Source: Hydrolagus affinis
Taxonomy: Eukaryota
Direction of reading: 5' to 3'
Length of the DNA stretch: 64,000 bases
NCBI GenBank assembly: GCA_012026655.1
Contig: JAAILG010000056.1
Location: 62,001 to 126,000 of the forward strand
Within the stretch, counting starts at the first letter, position 1, and the number at the start of each line of letters is the position of its first letter. The position numbers and the translations under genes are program-made. Of the stretch, positions 10,995 through 24,090 are shown piece after piece. The notes under the pieces are model-generated. The model was not told the origin of the DNA. It saw only the letters and a program-made list of their open reading frames with translations, and ran no database searches.

Positions 10995-12999
10995 CCCCCC
11001 CCCCCCCCCCCCCCCCACCCAACACCCAACCACCAAAAGAATTGCCACATGAATTGAAATCCAACTGGGTTGATTTCTCCTGTACTTTGCTTTGCCTTGG
11101 AGCCTGTTACAGAATCTCACAGCCGTGTTACAGTACAGTAAGCTTTGTAGTGCGACAGCCGGCATCGGCCTCCATGTTTATTCGTGCGTTCAGGAAACGT
11201 TTCGAAAGGAAGTTGACGTGTACTTTCCTCAAAAAAAAAATTTCTCTGGCGCCCGCAAATTGCCCTTCTAGTAATTTGAAATCCCCCTTGACCTTAATCC
11301 AAGATTTCTTTGAAAAAAAATACGTTTCTGTTTTCTGCTGTGTGGCTATAATTCATGCCCGATTTGGTTTTGAGTCCTTATGCTTTCAAGTGTCGGGGCA
11401 AAAGGGATGACAGTCAAATCTTTTGGGGCTTTATTTAGCAAGGGTGATACTTTGAGGCAAACGGAGTTTTGATGTTGCTGTGTGCACGTCTGCGCTTGAG
11501 AGCAAGATGATTCTTTTTTCCAAAAAGTAGATTTGTTTGCATTCCTTGCCCTTGCTGCTCGAGTCAACTTCATTATTATTAAAATATTTCTGAACATGGT
11601 AAACCAACAATATCAAAAAGGTCAGTCTCTCTGATTTTCTCTGGGGCTTGTTATTTTGTACTTTTTTCCATTTCATTTGATGTCCTGACAAAACAAGATG
11701 ACATGAGGAAGCATACATTAAAAAAAAATCTGATTTTCATCTAACCTGTTACAGCATTGGCAGCTTAATTTCTCTTACCACTAATAGAAGTTGTCTCTTT
11801 GTGCAATTACTTTAATTGCCGCACCACTATGAAGAAGGTTTCTTTCAGAGCTTGATTTGTCTTGATTTGCTTTTGGCTTTTTTTTGAATTTGTGCTGACC
11901 TCTGATAGTTCAACAGCATTCTGGATGGAGTGTGTCTTCATTAGGAGTGAATCAGTGAATGGTGAAATCTTCAGAGGAGCGACTGATGTTCTCTCATTAG
12001 AATCTAATTTGCACCCTTTTTGCTTAGCTGTGATGTATAGCCAACCTACCCAGAGGATATCTCTCGCACACGGTTGCACATGTACACACTCCCTACATTT
12101 TTAAACTAAATAAAAGTTGAAAAGTACTCGCCCACAGCCCAGAAGGTTTTGGAAGTTGCAACCCTGGAATGACTGAAGTTGACCCAATTTGTTGTGTTAA
12201 GAACCACGCATGTCATCATGAGTAGATTTCTCATACTTGTAGCTGCATATGACACGTCTTAATAATGCTGGTTTCATTCCTGGCTTCCTCTGAATTGAAC
12301 GATTTCAAATTACTCACGAGTTGATGAGGTGGAACCCTGTTATAATGTTGGGAGGTGCGTGGGCATTATTCTGGTGTCCTGTTGGATCTGCAGTTGGCTT
12401 TGGCTTATCGTAGACTCCTGGGTGATCAGATCTTTGGTTTTTGCAGCACGCAGAAAATGACGTTGACTTTGACCTGGTGATCCACTCGTGGCCCATTTTT
12501 GTGTTGCAAGGGAAGCCGGCGCAAGTGTGCGGGAAGCGACATCGGCAGCAGCCATTTTTTTCAGGAAATGGCATCAGCCACGTCAAGCGCACAGGAAGTG
12601 ACGAGGATCCCGCCATCTTGGCTCCCTGCCCCGTTGTAACCACAACACAGGGTTTATAAACCTGAAACCTTTTATAAAACGGCTGTCTTCTGTATTAGGC
12701 AATACTTTCTTCAGTTTGCCTTGCGTATGTTCAGAACATAATGTTTGGAAATAATGGCCGCTACTACTACTACTAATAATAATATTTAGATTGTTTCTAA
12801 TTATTTTGCCCAGTGTTATACAGTTTCTTTAAGCATATGCTTATTTGGTTAAAAATAACAAATCTTAAGATCCTCTTATGTCCTCTATGGGAAACGCATT
12901 ATCAGGTGCTAGCGTTAGACCCAATAATTGCTGGTGGGTTTACTAACAAGTTGGGCATTCTGGGCTAGATAGTTGGCAGGATTACCCTGCCAGAGCTAA

Positions 13000-13202
13000 A
13001 TTACTCCCAACCTGGAGACACTGAAGATTGCCCCCTTCAAGACCCACCTCAAGACCATTCTCAAGACCTACCCCTACCCTCTCTGCCCTCCACCCCTCCT
13101 GATCCCAACTATCAGCTCTGGTGCGGATTCTTGTCTGTCCAGCGCCTTGGGACATCCTCCTGACGTGAAAGGCACTAAACAAATGTAATTTGTTGTTGTT
13201 GC
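13000..13202 (+). mobile_element. L2 LINE 3' end fragment
   Basis: ccttcaagacccacctcaagacc...cagcgccttgggacatcctcctgacgtgaaaggcactaaacaaatgtaatttgttgttgttg; same tail as 505-575. Confidence 0.82.
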
Positions 13203-13229
13203 TACACTTTATTATTATTATTATTATTT

Positions 13230-13695
13230 ACTACTACTCCAAGCTTCGTGACCCCATCGCACCCATCCTCGCCCAACTCCATTGGCTCCCCATCACCCAG
13301 AGGATCCAATTCAAAATCCTGGTTCTCACATTCAAAGCCCTCCATGGCCTCACCCCACCCTACCTGTGTGACCTCCTAACCCCCTACCAACCTGCCCACC
13401 CCCTCCACTCTGGCCTGCTCCACGTTCCCCCGATCCACCCGCCCCACCATTGGGGGCAAGCCTTCAGCCACTCTGCCCCCAACCTCTGGAACCGCCTTGC
13501 CCCCTCCCTGGTCTCCTTTCAAGTCCCGCCTCAAGACCCTCCTCTTCATCGGTCCCATCGGTCACCCCAAATCCCCCCCCTTCCCTCAACCCTCTTCCCA
13601 ATCCCAGCTCAGGTCTGAAACAATGACTTTTCAGTGCCTTGGGACATCCTCCTAATGTAAAAGGCGCTATACTCTTTGTTGTATTATTATTATTG
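13230..13695 (+). mobile_element. L2 LINE 3' fragment, same family as 1-575
   Basis: SKLRDPIAPILAQLHWLPITQRIQFKILVLTFKALHGLTPPYLCDLLTPY; aligns by eye with 88-560. Confidence 0.9.
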
Positions 13696-13961
13696 CCACA
13701 CTTGACTTTGGGGGAGGAGACATCAGCCCAATCATTCCTGTTGGGGAAGGTTGTGAATGTATGTGCCTTGCGTTGCTCTACATGAACACATATGTACACA
13801 TATTGGGTGAGAACAGGACTTTCTGGACTATGAGGCTCGCCACCATCAAATGATCTGCAGATACGCTTGGTTGAGAGCGATACTAGTAAGTCTGGTTCTC
13901 GGCAACGGTCGGCATATGCAGAACTGGATGTTACGTGTGATCCTTAAATTTGTTGAGGACA

Positions 13962-14022
13962 CTGCAGTGCCTTGGGATGTCCTTCCAACGTGAAAGGCTC
14001 TATACAAACGTAACTTGTTGTT
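13962..14022 (+). mobile_element. Isolated L2 3' tail
   Basis: cagtgccttgggatgtccttccaacgtgaaaggctctatacaaacgtaacttgttgttg; similar isolated tails on - strand near 14165-14225, 19680-19725, 25770-25840, 29220-29280, 36750-36797 and 45765-45810. Confidence 0.7.
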
Positions 14023-15129
14023 GGGGTAATGGCTGTCACTAACATGAATCCCTCTGTGGGATGGTTTGAAACCTATGTCTAATATGTTGCGTTACTTTGT
14101 GAATCAATGCTGTCAAAATATTCTACCAGGTGGTACGTCATGTATTGAGAAACATAATCCAATACACAATGACACTTTGCATAGTGCCGTTCATGTCAGG
14201 AGAGATCCCAAGGCGCTGGACAGTCAGAGATTTAAAAAATGTGTAAGTATGTGTAATAACTTGTCTTTGTTATAATATAGGCTATATTCAATTAAATTCT
14301 AGTGCAGGCATGTAGAGCAGTGCCAGGCACAAACAGGGGCTGCAGTGTCCATGGCCCATTAACTGTCCTTTTAATGGTGATTGAATGAAAATTAAAAATT
14401 AAGAGACTGATTAAACAGCTGGGGTAAACTTTCCTCATCACGCTGCAGTCTGCGGGCTTCTCACTATTCCGCCACGGAGCGCGAACTCCAGTGAAAGAGA
14501 ATTTTTTTCTCTCTGCTTTGCCGTTCGTGCAAAAAAAAACCGTAGGAGCAGATCGAATGAGAGTGACTTGATGTTGATCGGGTGATTCTCTCACCATGAC
14601 ATTTAGAACATTTTCAGTGTTTACCATTGCAGCTTCTGTGGATATGACTGGATGAACCTGTTTGATATTTTTCTCTCTCTCTCTGTAAAACAATGTGACT
14701 GGCTGCAGCAGCTTGACAAACCTGTTTCCTATGAACATTGTGTACATTTCTGCACTTGTGTTTTTTTTTGTTTTTGCTTTTTTTTAAACAAATTGCATTT
14801 TTTAACTCCTAACCCACATCCCCTGCACCTGACTTGGGGTGGGGCAAAAGTAGTTAACTCATAGTTCAAATCGTTGTTTGGGGGTGGTGGTGGGGCGGGG
14901 GGGGGGCAGATGTTTACTGCCATTTAGATATTTTTCCAGCTCACCAATTGCCTTCTCACCGTATGTTGTTCAAATGAACATTATAGCGAATGAAATATTA
15001 ACTTGGGATTTGTACATTGACACTAGACTTTACAGACAACATACACACATATACATATGCACATCAAGATAGATCACCATCCTTTAGCGAACAGTTAGCA
15101 TTAATCCCCCAACCGAGAATGAATTGAGC

Positions 15130-15215
15130 TTGAGACTTTTTGACGAGACCACCTGTCCGGAAAGACCACCTAACGTGATTCCCTGAATGGACTGTTTTAG
15201 CCTGGTTTTGTTGTA
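15130..15215. mobile_element. Possible decayed Tc1/mariner (Tigger-like) non-autonomous element fragment
   Basis: Paired GACCACCT motifs (gagaccacctgtccggaaagaccacct) and an end resembling ...aggtttgactgta; recognition by eye only. Confidence 0.35.
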
Positions 15216-16634
15216 ATCAAAGCACGTTTAACCCAAACGTTTTTGAGAATTCTCTCCCAAACAGACATCAGATTCCCCCGAAAGGTGCTGATGGAGCCGC
15301 TGTAATGAACAAAACTGATTTTAAGCACGACTCCCTGAATTGGTTAAATATTTCATGGACAATCTAATATTTTATTGTAATTTGCTGAAAGATTTGAATA
15401 ATGTTTTTTTTGTCACTTGTGAAGAGCTGCTGAAAGGGCACTTTCTGCTTTCATAGTAAAGCATTTGGCACACATTCACCTCCTTTTAATGGTGTCATTT
15501 CTTTTTACACATGATCTATATTTTGTCTTTTATAGATGGTTAAATTCTGGGGAGAGAGAAAAAAATGGATTGATCAGCATACGGTATGCATATAAGCAAT
15601 CGCTCTTGTGGGAAGATTTACTGTTTTTTTTAATCAAGGATTTTGCAGTTTTTTGTGCAAAACAAATATGCTTTGTTTGGTCACAGAGTCGCTTGATTTG
15701 TTTTAATGCATTTCTATTTGATGTAGTTTTTTCAAAACTTTTTTTTTAAAAAAGAAGCATTCCTGCAAGCTACTTATCATTTGCTACGCAATAATGCGAG
15801 AATTGTCGAGAATTCAGGTTGAACAATGCCTTTGACAGTAAAATCCTATTTTCCTAAGGTCATTTTCGAGGTGTGTTCTCTTTGTAAATAAATTCTACAT
15901 GGGGTGTTTTGATTATTGACACCTCACCGGCCCCCCTCAAAAATTATCTATTGCTGCATATTTTATTGAAAATTATTTACTGTAGGCATCAATATTTCCT
16001 TATTATCCACTCACCCGTCTTGAGAGAGTTGTCGTTTCATTTTTTTTTCCAGCATTCAATTGTGATTTTGAAAGTGAAGATTAATTCACATGTCTCTGGA
16101 TATGTGTGTGTGTTAGCAAAATTGATGTTACTCCAGTGGAGCTAAATTTTACGAAAATATTCACATAAAATGTGCTCTATACCTCTATTTCCATTACGTA
16201 CATGGAAATGACACGGAAATTTGTTGGCGTGGGGAACGATTGAAATGACAGAACGGTTGGAATTGTTTAGGCAGTAAATTTGATTGAAATAATGCTTTCA
16301 TTTTATTCGGTGCGTGAATTCCGTTTGCAATAAAAAGAGACTTTTTAAATTAAGCCTTTTATCAATAAAAAGCCGCAGAGTTATCAGGCTCAAGGTGAAT
16401 GGTTAGAAGCAACTTTTATGATTGAATATTTTGATCTGGTAGAATTGTGTGGGTTAAATCGCAGTGAAATGCCAGGAAGAAAAAAGATGTTTGTGCTTTA
16501 AATGCTTGAAAGCCGTCTCTGGGAAAAGCATTCGAAAAGTTGGCATTAGGTCCATAAAGTAAGCCTGTCGCTTTCTGATGTTGGGCAAGTGCGTTTTGGT
16601 GAGGAAGAGCTTGGACCTTCTCAGACCTTCATGG

Positions 16635-16960
16635 AGTCCTGTAGCTCAGTGGTTAGAGCAGTCGTCGCCTTACAACTGTGAGACCCGTGTTCAAATTCAG
16701 GCAGGTCAGGGCAAAACCTTGGGCAAGTTTCCTTACTCCACACGCCCAATAATAATCCCTCCCAAAAAAACACAATAATAAAATTGGTCATTTAAATCCA
16801 CGACTGTTTGTGGGACACTGCTGTGCGCAATTGGCTGCCACGTTTGGCTCACAAATATACAGTCAATTCACCTTACTGAATATTTGGTGAAGCGCTTTGA
16901 GACATCTAGAAGACGTGAAAAGCGCTATATCAAATGCAAGGATTATTATCATTTATTATT
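16635..16960 (+). mobile_element. Young tRNA-derived SINE, full length
   Basis: gtcctgtagctcagtggttagagc (A box), gttcaaattc (B box), accttgggcaagtttccttactccacac, AGCGCTTT/AAAGCGCT tail hairpin, (ATT)n end. Confidence 0.92.
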
Positions 16961-17492
16961 AGAATACAGACAGACACATTTTGTAGATTGACAGTAAAAA
17001 TTGCACTGCCTGACCAAATAAGTTGAGCAACATCGGTGAAATTAACCTGAGTGAGAGCAGGAACAGGTGTGTGACTTGCCCTACCTAAGGTGCTCTTAAT
17101 CACTTCCAAGGGTGTAACAACAGCATCAGGAGAGAGAGAGCATGTTGCCGTCCTGTTAACAAACAGTAGGATATTCAGAGAAAAGAAAGTACACTTTTTA
17201 AAATATATATTAAAAAACATTTATTGCTCATTTCAAATGTTTCTCTGAATCATTCAAAAAAAATTTTAAGTGAGATTGCCCTTCATTCTGTTCTGCTATT
17301 TCTAGATGAGATGCAGTGTCTTTGACCAACTTCATGTTTCGATGTTTTCACAGCCAAATGGTGTTAATGTAGCACTGCCCTTATTAACGAGATACGTTTG
17401 TTTTAGGGCCTGCGCTGTGCCGGGCAGATGTCAGATGCCATGAACCACCAAGCTCTGGTTTGGGTGTGAGAAACCCCCTCACATTCACTCAC

Positions 17493-17612
17493 AATAACAA
17501 TCCTTGCATTTGATGTAGCGCGTTCTCGTGCCTTCGAGACATCCCAAAGCGCATCACAGAATATACTATAAAGTGAATTGACTGTATATTTTTGTGGGTG
17601 AAACATTGCTGC
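17493..17612 (-). mobile_element. Young SINE 3' tail fragment
   Basis: aatccttgcatttgatgtagcgcg...aaagcgcatcacagaatatactataaagtgaattgactgtatatttttgtggg. Confidence 0.82.
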
Positions 17613-17862
17613 TCAGCAGGCAGAATTCAGAGGATCGTACTGGCCACTAAATATTACATCAGATCTGAGGTGTAGTTTGTCCCCTGGTAGTTTATGTAAT
17701 ACCCATATGTCTCAATCATATGGTCTGTGTGGTTAAAAACACACCAAAAAAAAATCAGCTTTCACTTCCTCTTATTACCTTTTTTTTCTGTTAAATTATG
17801 AATTCCTGCACTCCTCTTATTTTTCTTCTTAGTTGTCTTTTCCGTACCTCATTCTTGGTACC

Positions 17863-17885
17863 AGAGAGAGAGAGAGAGAGAGAGA
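17863..17885. repeat. (AG)n microsatellite
   Basis: Direct reading. Confidence 0.95.
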
Positions 17886-19239
17886 AAAATCTGCAGTAAA
17901 TACTATGAAACGGCAAGGGAACGATTTGTAATCAAGACACAACGCAGAGAGAGAAGGGAGGGGCGGGAGGGAGAAGAAATCTGTTTTTACCATTTTGTAA
18001 CCGATCCTTCATTTTTCATTGTGGACTGACCTAGTGTAACCATGCCATTTGCTTGCGTTTTGCATGCTTTTAAGTGTCGTGTTTTAACTTTCAAATGCAG
18101 AAAGGACACAAGAGATGGAATTAGCACAGAATTACCACATGCGTTTTTTTTTGTATAGAATTAATCTGCGGAGCCCATGTTGAGCATTAATATTTTACCT
18201 GATTAGGTATTCACAGACTCCATGGCGTATAAGTAGCGATAAACTACTGTATTTCCTAATTCATTGTAAATTAGATCAGCCACTTTTGTTACATTAGTAT
18301 TTACTCTTAGTGAATATGGATGGCACTAAAACTAATAATTAATGTAGTACAAGTGTCTTCTTTGTGCAGGATAGTATGAATAATGAATGTAAAAAAGCTA
18401 CTTATTGCTGGGGATGAACATTGCTCTAAAAGCCTTAATTTCCTCCCATTTCTATTTTGGGAGAAGTGAAGAAAATAAACTGGTAGCGAGGTTGGGATGG
18501 AGGGTGGGGTGGGGGGGTATAAAACCTTGGGACTAACAGATCTGTAGCAGGACCAATTTAGGAATAAGTGATGATTGCGCAATCTGTACAGTTTGAAACC
18601 TGTTGCAAAGAACTTCTTGCAATAGCCAGGAAACCAAGATTGAGACTTGCAAATCGCTCGTGGTTTCAGTTGCCTTCGAATTTCCGATTATACGGGATTC
18701 TGGCCGGATTAGATTCAGTCGGAATTTGGAAGCCGTTTATGCCACGGCTCATTTTAGGAATTCCTCGTGATCCTTAGAATTACTTGAAAGTTTTCAGGGA
18801 GCGATACTCTCAAGGCTGAGATTTTGAGGGATTTTGATGCCAGCGTGGAACTCTGTACCAGCGAGGTTGAGATTTTGGCAGAGTTACGTAGCTTGATAAA
18901 TATCTCACAATAATAACAGTCACAGCAATTTAATTATTCCAAATGTTCTTCCATTCCATTCACCCTTATTAAATTCACTGGGCTATTAGCCACCCATCAA
19001 ATGATATCTTGTGATAAGGCTTGTTTTTGATTCCCCAATCACCTAGCTTTGGAAAATCTGGGGATTTATGTTAGCTCTCTGTCCCTCTGTATCTATCCGG
19101 CAACATTAACTCACCACTTCAACTTAATAGGACTTTTCCAGAAATTGGTTTTCCCCAAACTTGCCACACAGTGCTTAACCCACCAATATCTCAGGCCGAT
19201 GAGAAAATTCTTGCATCAATGTTAATAATAAAACAAATG

Positions 19240-19470
19240 TTTTTGCATTTGCTATAGAACGTGATCACTTTGCAGAGACATCTTAAAACGCTTCAGAGAA
19301 TTTACTGTAAGGCCCAGCGACTATTTGTAAGTGAAGGCGACAGCCAATTTGCACACAGCAATTCCCACAAATGGCCACAAAGTGAATAACTGACCTCAGT
19401 TAGAGGATTGTTGGCCGACACAAGGAGAAACTTCAGTTTTCTTTGTGGAAGAAACCCAGGAGGAAGATTG
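19240..19470 (-). mobile_element. Diverged SINE 3' half
   Basis: ttgcatttgctatagaacg...aaacgcttcagagaatttactgtaa...cagccaatttgcacacagcaattcccacaaa...gattgttggccgacacaaggagaaac. Confidence 0.7.
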
Positions 19471-22400
19471 TCAAGAGGCAACTTCAAGACACAAGTTTGT
19501 AAACGTGCTACGATTCTGCAATACCTCTTTGCTCATTGGCGCAAAATCATTCAACACCTACCCCAGTCACCATAGAACCACCATCTGCAGTTCACGTCAC
19601 TGTTGACCTACTCAAGGGGGCATTTGTTTGTCTGAGACACATTTGTTGTGGCGGTGTCATGCATAGTGTGTCCATAATTAGATTTGTATAGCGCCTCTCA
19701 CATCAGGAGGACGTCCCAAGGTTAAGAGGGTGAGCTAACAATACCGGTGTGGAGCTTGTACCCACGACCACAATCCCAGGGTGTGCAGTGCGCGCACTTT
19801 CTCCCCAGAGGATCCACGCTTATCTGACTGCAGAGAGTTTAAATTGGAGTCAGGACACCCACAGGGTATATCTTGGTGGCTCCGACTCCCACTGGGGAAA
19901 AAAATACTCCCTGAGCCGTTGGGATACCCTTGGAGGTGAACTGTCTCGCGTACGTTAACAGTTTTAGTGAGTCTTAATAGGAGCGAACGAGTGGCGAGAA
20001 GTCCGCTTGAGTCAGCACTTTTAATCAGGGAGCATCTGTTCTGAAATTCCAACGCACCATCAATGTATGGATCACATATGAACACAAGCTGTTCCTTCTT
20101 ATAAACACTAGATTATTTATAAACCCATGATGTATCAAATATACGATGGATATGTGATTGCTGTCAGGTGCAGTGAGCAACTTATTCACCAAGGATCCAA
20201 ATTCAGTGACTGAAGAAGAACTATCTTGGTCTTGATCACGATAACTTGAACAATGTACGTGTGTGTGTGTGTGTTGTGTGTGTACACATGAGCCTTGTAC
20301 AGCTCAGTTGAACCACATCTTTATATTTGTTTCACAAAATGAAATTTATTCCTGTATAGACAAGTTAGCACAGATTTTCAGCGGAGGAGGCACCTTTAAT
20401 GCGTGCACACCTAATTCCACTATGGAACCCATTCCTCTGTCTGTTAGTTATTGCTTGCAAAAAACATAAGCTCACAAATAAAAAATTTGAATAGGAAAAT
20501 GCGTCATATTGTGGTTATGATTTTGACTTAAAACCACATTTAACCCTTGAGATAACTATATATGGTTTTAGGTTGTTTAATCAAAATTGTACTTTGCTTA
20601 TCTGATCTGTCTTGTCTTAAGGTATGATCATTTATTGTTTCTATTTTCTCACGAAAAAAAATATTGTATTTTGTTTTCAGTTTTTGAAATGAAATATTTA
20701 TTTCAAAGGTGGGAATGTCTTTTGACACAAATTTCACAAGTTAGTTTATCTAAACTGTCCCATGTTATGAGGAAGTAAAATGTCCATAGTCATTCTTTGT
20801 CATTGTAAAGAGAATTGTTAACTTTGTTTCAAACAAATGAATGTTCACAGTGACTTTAGGAACACGACAGGGGTAGGTTTGGCTTTGATCCTTGTCTGTA
20901 TTTGTGATTACTTTAATTGTTGAGCTCCATAATGCTTTTCCCCCAGAGAAAATCTTATGTAATGGTTAAGTCTCCTCCTTAAGGTATTGTGATTTGCTGG
21001 TAAAGTGTTTAATTTACAATTACTGTATGTCTTTTTTTTCTATTTCACTGTTAAAGCATTCTCTCTGGTGTGCCTTATAGCAGTTTTGCAGTCGTTCAAC
21101 AAGGGATTAAATGGCAGTAGTTGGAGTGATCAATAGGTTAAGAACAGTACAAATCACTCTTGCTGCTAATGACCTCTGTAGTAATGTGTAATAAAGTGTG
21201 TGCTATAATAGCCTACTGCCAATGCTCCATGCTCTTTGATTTCTGACATTAGTTACTACACAAAAGGCCATAGGACAGTGCATCGGCATTTACAATGTGA
21301 GCTGTTTTCCTCTCCCACCCCCACCCAGAAAAAAAGGCAGTGAACTTGGTGCCCAAGCATTTGAATGGAAATTAACTGCTGCCATGTAGGTATGAGAGAG
21401 ATCTGCATAGAGTTTAGGATGTGCCATTGTCTGACCTTCATCAGTGAAGTTCGTCAAGATTAGTGATGCTGAGAAATCAGGACATCAGTGCATAATGACT
21501 GTGAAATTAGGAAAATGAATGCACTATGCAAATGGCAGGAGAAACCAGTCAAGGTGCTGGGTTAGAAACGGTAAAATGAAATAAAATGCTGTTAAAAACA
21601 GAGGCTTAAATTGTACTTCTGCATCATGACACCGAAGAAGTTTGCTGTTCACTGAACTCTGTATTTATGGGTTTTTGTTATTCAATAGCTTTTTAAATCC
21701 TTTCTCTGGTGCAGACCTATATTTAGGTTGGGAAAATATTCCCCCAGGAAGGCACAAAGCTGTAGATCAGTTTACACTTCCATCTCCCTACCTTGGTGTG
21801 ATCAATGGAAGTTTGCATCCGGGTGTGACGTACATGTAAAACCAAATAGAATTCAGTACCAAGAATGTAAGCAACGCATCTGTAAAATAATAGGCAGGAT
21901 GACATTCAGACACATTTTCTTTCACAAGGATTTTAAAAGCTGTGCCACAATCCGGGAGACTTTGAATGAATATTTCAGGCCGCAGAAGATATTAGGAAAT
22001 AGATCTTCCGTGGTTTGCATTGTTTTCGAAACCGGATTAAAGATCAGTCCTGCTTTCCAGTGAGCTTAAAAAAATTGAGAGTCCAGTATTCTGGAGTTTC
22101 CACGGCAATGCAGTGATTGATCTGAATAGCTGAATTTCATTCGACAAACATGTAAAATTTATAGGATTGTCATTAAATATAAGCTTGAATACAACTGTGC
22201 TAACCCTGTTCGAGACGTACTGTCATTTTAATGTCCACTTCATTATCAGAACAAGAAATCATCCTTCACAGGCAATGTGCAGGTTACTCGGTTTCAGCTG
22301 AGAAAGATCTCTGTGGACATGTGAACAGTTGCAAATGTGAAAAGCTATCAAGTTCATCACTGTAACTGTTTGTCACGAAAATGTCACTGAGAAGAGTTGT

Positions 22401-23024
22401 TAAGGTTATGTCAGTAATATGAAAAAAACCCCAGCAGTATCTTCATGCAGGTAGAGAGTCAGATCAGAATATGACTACACCGTAGCTGCTTTCATCTGAA
22501 GATACGATCAGACGCATGCAATTACGACTTGTGTTTTTAAGGATAGCAATATTGCCTCTGTTTGTTGTTCATTTGCACACAGAACGCAATTAACAAAAAG
22601 AAAAATCTCCTACATTACAGATGTCATTCTGAAACTCGGAAGTTGAAACATTACACTTAAAAGTCATTTAATTTTAAATATTAACACAAAAATGACAGAA
22701 AACTGGCTGGAAATTTCAGGCTGTGCTCGCTGAATTCTGGATGCTCCCAAAACGCTGCGTTAAAAAGAGTAAATCTGCACCCAGGTGAAATGTACCACCG
22801 ACACTCTCCACTGAAAGAGGCACAAAATCGTGCTCTCGGGCTCCGTGTTTGTCAAGCGCAGAGTTGGGAAGAAATAGGGAGTGGAGAGTAGAGTCCACTG
22901 CCCATAGGAAACATGGAGCATAGTTGGATTTGTTTTGCCTTTGCTGCCCCAAAAAATCTACAACGTCAGCAAACTATGCCGTTCACAAACAGCTTTGAGT
23001 AAAGGACAAATGTTTTGCTGTTAA

Positions 23025-23285
<261 letters not shown>

Positions 23286-23293
23286 TGAAACAG

Positions 23294-23625
23294 CGCCTAT
23301 AGCTCTGTGGTTAGAGCATCCGCCTGACAAACGTGAGACCTGTGTTCGAATCCAGGCAGGTCAGGGCAAAACCTTGGGCAAGTTTCCTTACTCCACACTT
23401 CCTTATTCTAATAATAATAATCCCTCCAAAAAAACACAATAATAAAATTGGTCATTTCAATCCACGACTGTTTGTGGGACACTGCTGTGCGCAATTGGCT
23501 GCCGCGTTTCGCCCACAAATATACAGTCAATTCACTTTACAGTTATTCTGTAAAGCGCTTTGAGACGTCTAGAAGATGTGAAAAGTGCTATATGAAATGC
23601 AAGGTTTATTATTATTATTATTATT
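23294..23625 (+). mobile_element. Young tRNA-derived SINE, full length, starting about 40 nt downstream of the exon A donor
   Basis: cctatagctctgtggttagagc...gttcgaatccaggcagg...(ATT)n; close to the family consensus. Confidence 0.92.
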
Positions 23626-23689
23626 TCACGTCAGAAGGATGACTCGAACTGTGTTGCAGGATTCGCTGTTACGTGCTGTGACTGTTTTA

Positions 23690-24090
23690 TAGGCAAACGT
23701 TTCGCCCACAAATATACAGTTAATTTTCCTACTTTCCTTCGCCAAACTCTGTGAAGCGCTTTGGGACGTCAATAAGACGTGGAAAGCGCTATATAAACTT
23801 AAGGATTACTTATTTACTAATCTGCGCACAGCTACATCCCCAAAAACATCCACGAACGAATGATCAATTTTTATTTTAAGGGAATATAATGCAGTCAATT
23901 TCACTTGACAGTGTATTCTGTGAAGCTCTTTGAAACGTTTCAAAGACAAGATGAGGCACTATGTCAAATGTAAGGATTATTATTATTATTATTGACCAGT
24001 GTCTTTAACGTCTACCTCAATGAACAGCCTTAATGTCTCATCCGAAGGATGGCACCTCTCAACAACGCATTGTACTGGAGGGTTGGCCTA
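23690..24090. mobile_element. Cluster of SINE fragments: + tails (about 23690-23815 and 23885-23995) interleaved with - strand Deu-type pieces (about 23815-23880 and 24000-24090)
   Basis: Repeated cccacaaatatacag / gaagcgcttt / aggattattatt motifs, plus gcgcacagctacatccccaaaaaca and ttaatgtctcatccgaaggatggcacctc. Confidence 0.72.

Noticed and set aside
10772-11410. 212-aa ORF and other ORFs containing X runs (near 3334-3600, 29239-29604, 47846-48272)
   Set aside because: Open only because they cross assembly gaps or poly-C; no recognisable protein
16635-16710. tRNA gene (A/B boxes, CGC-CTTACAA-GCG Val-like anticodon arm in the 54641 copy)
   Set aside because: No acceptor stem closure or poly-T terminator; each copy continues into SINE body and tail
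22803-22889. Perfect 10-bp inverted repeat ACTCTCCACT / AGTGGAGAGT upstream of exon A
   Set aside because: Several such pairs within 100 nt are expected by chance in 64 kb, and the pairing does not extend
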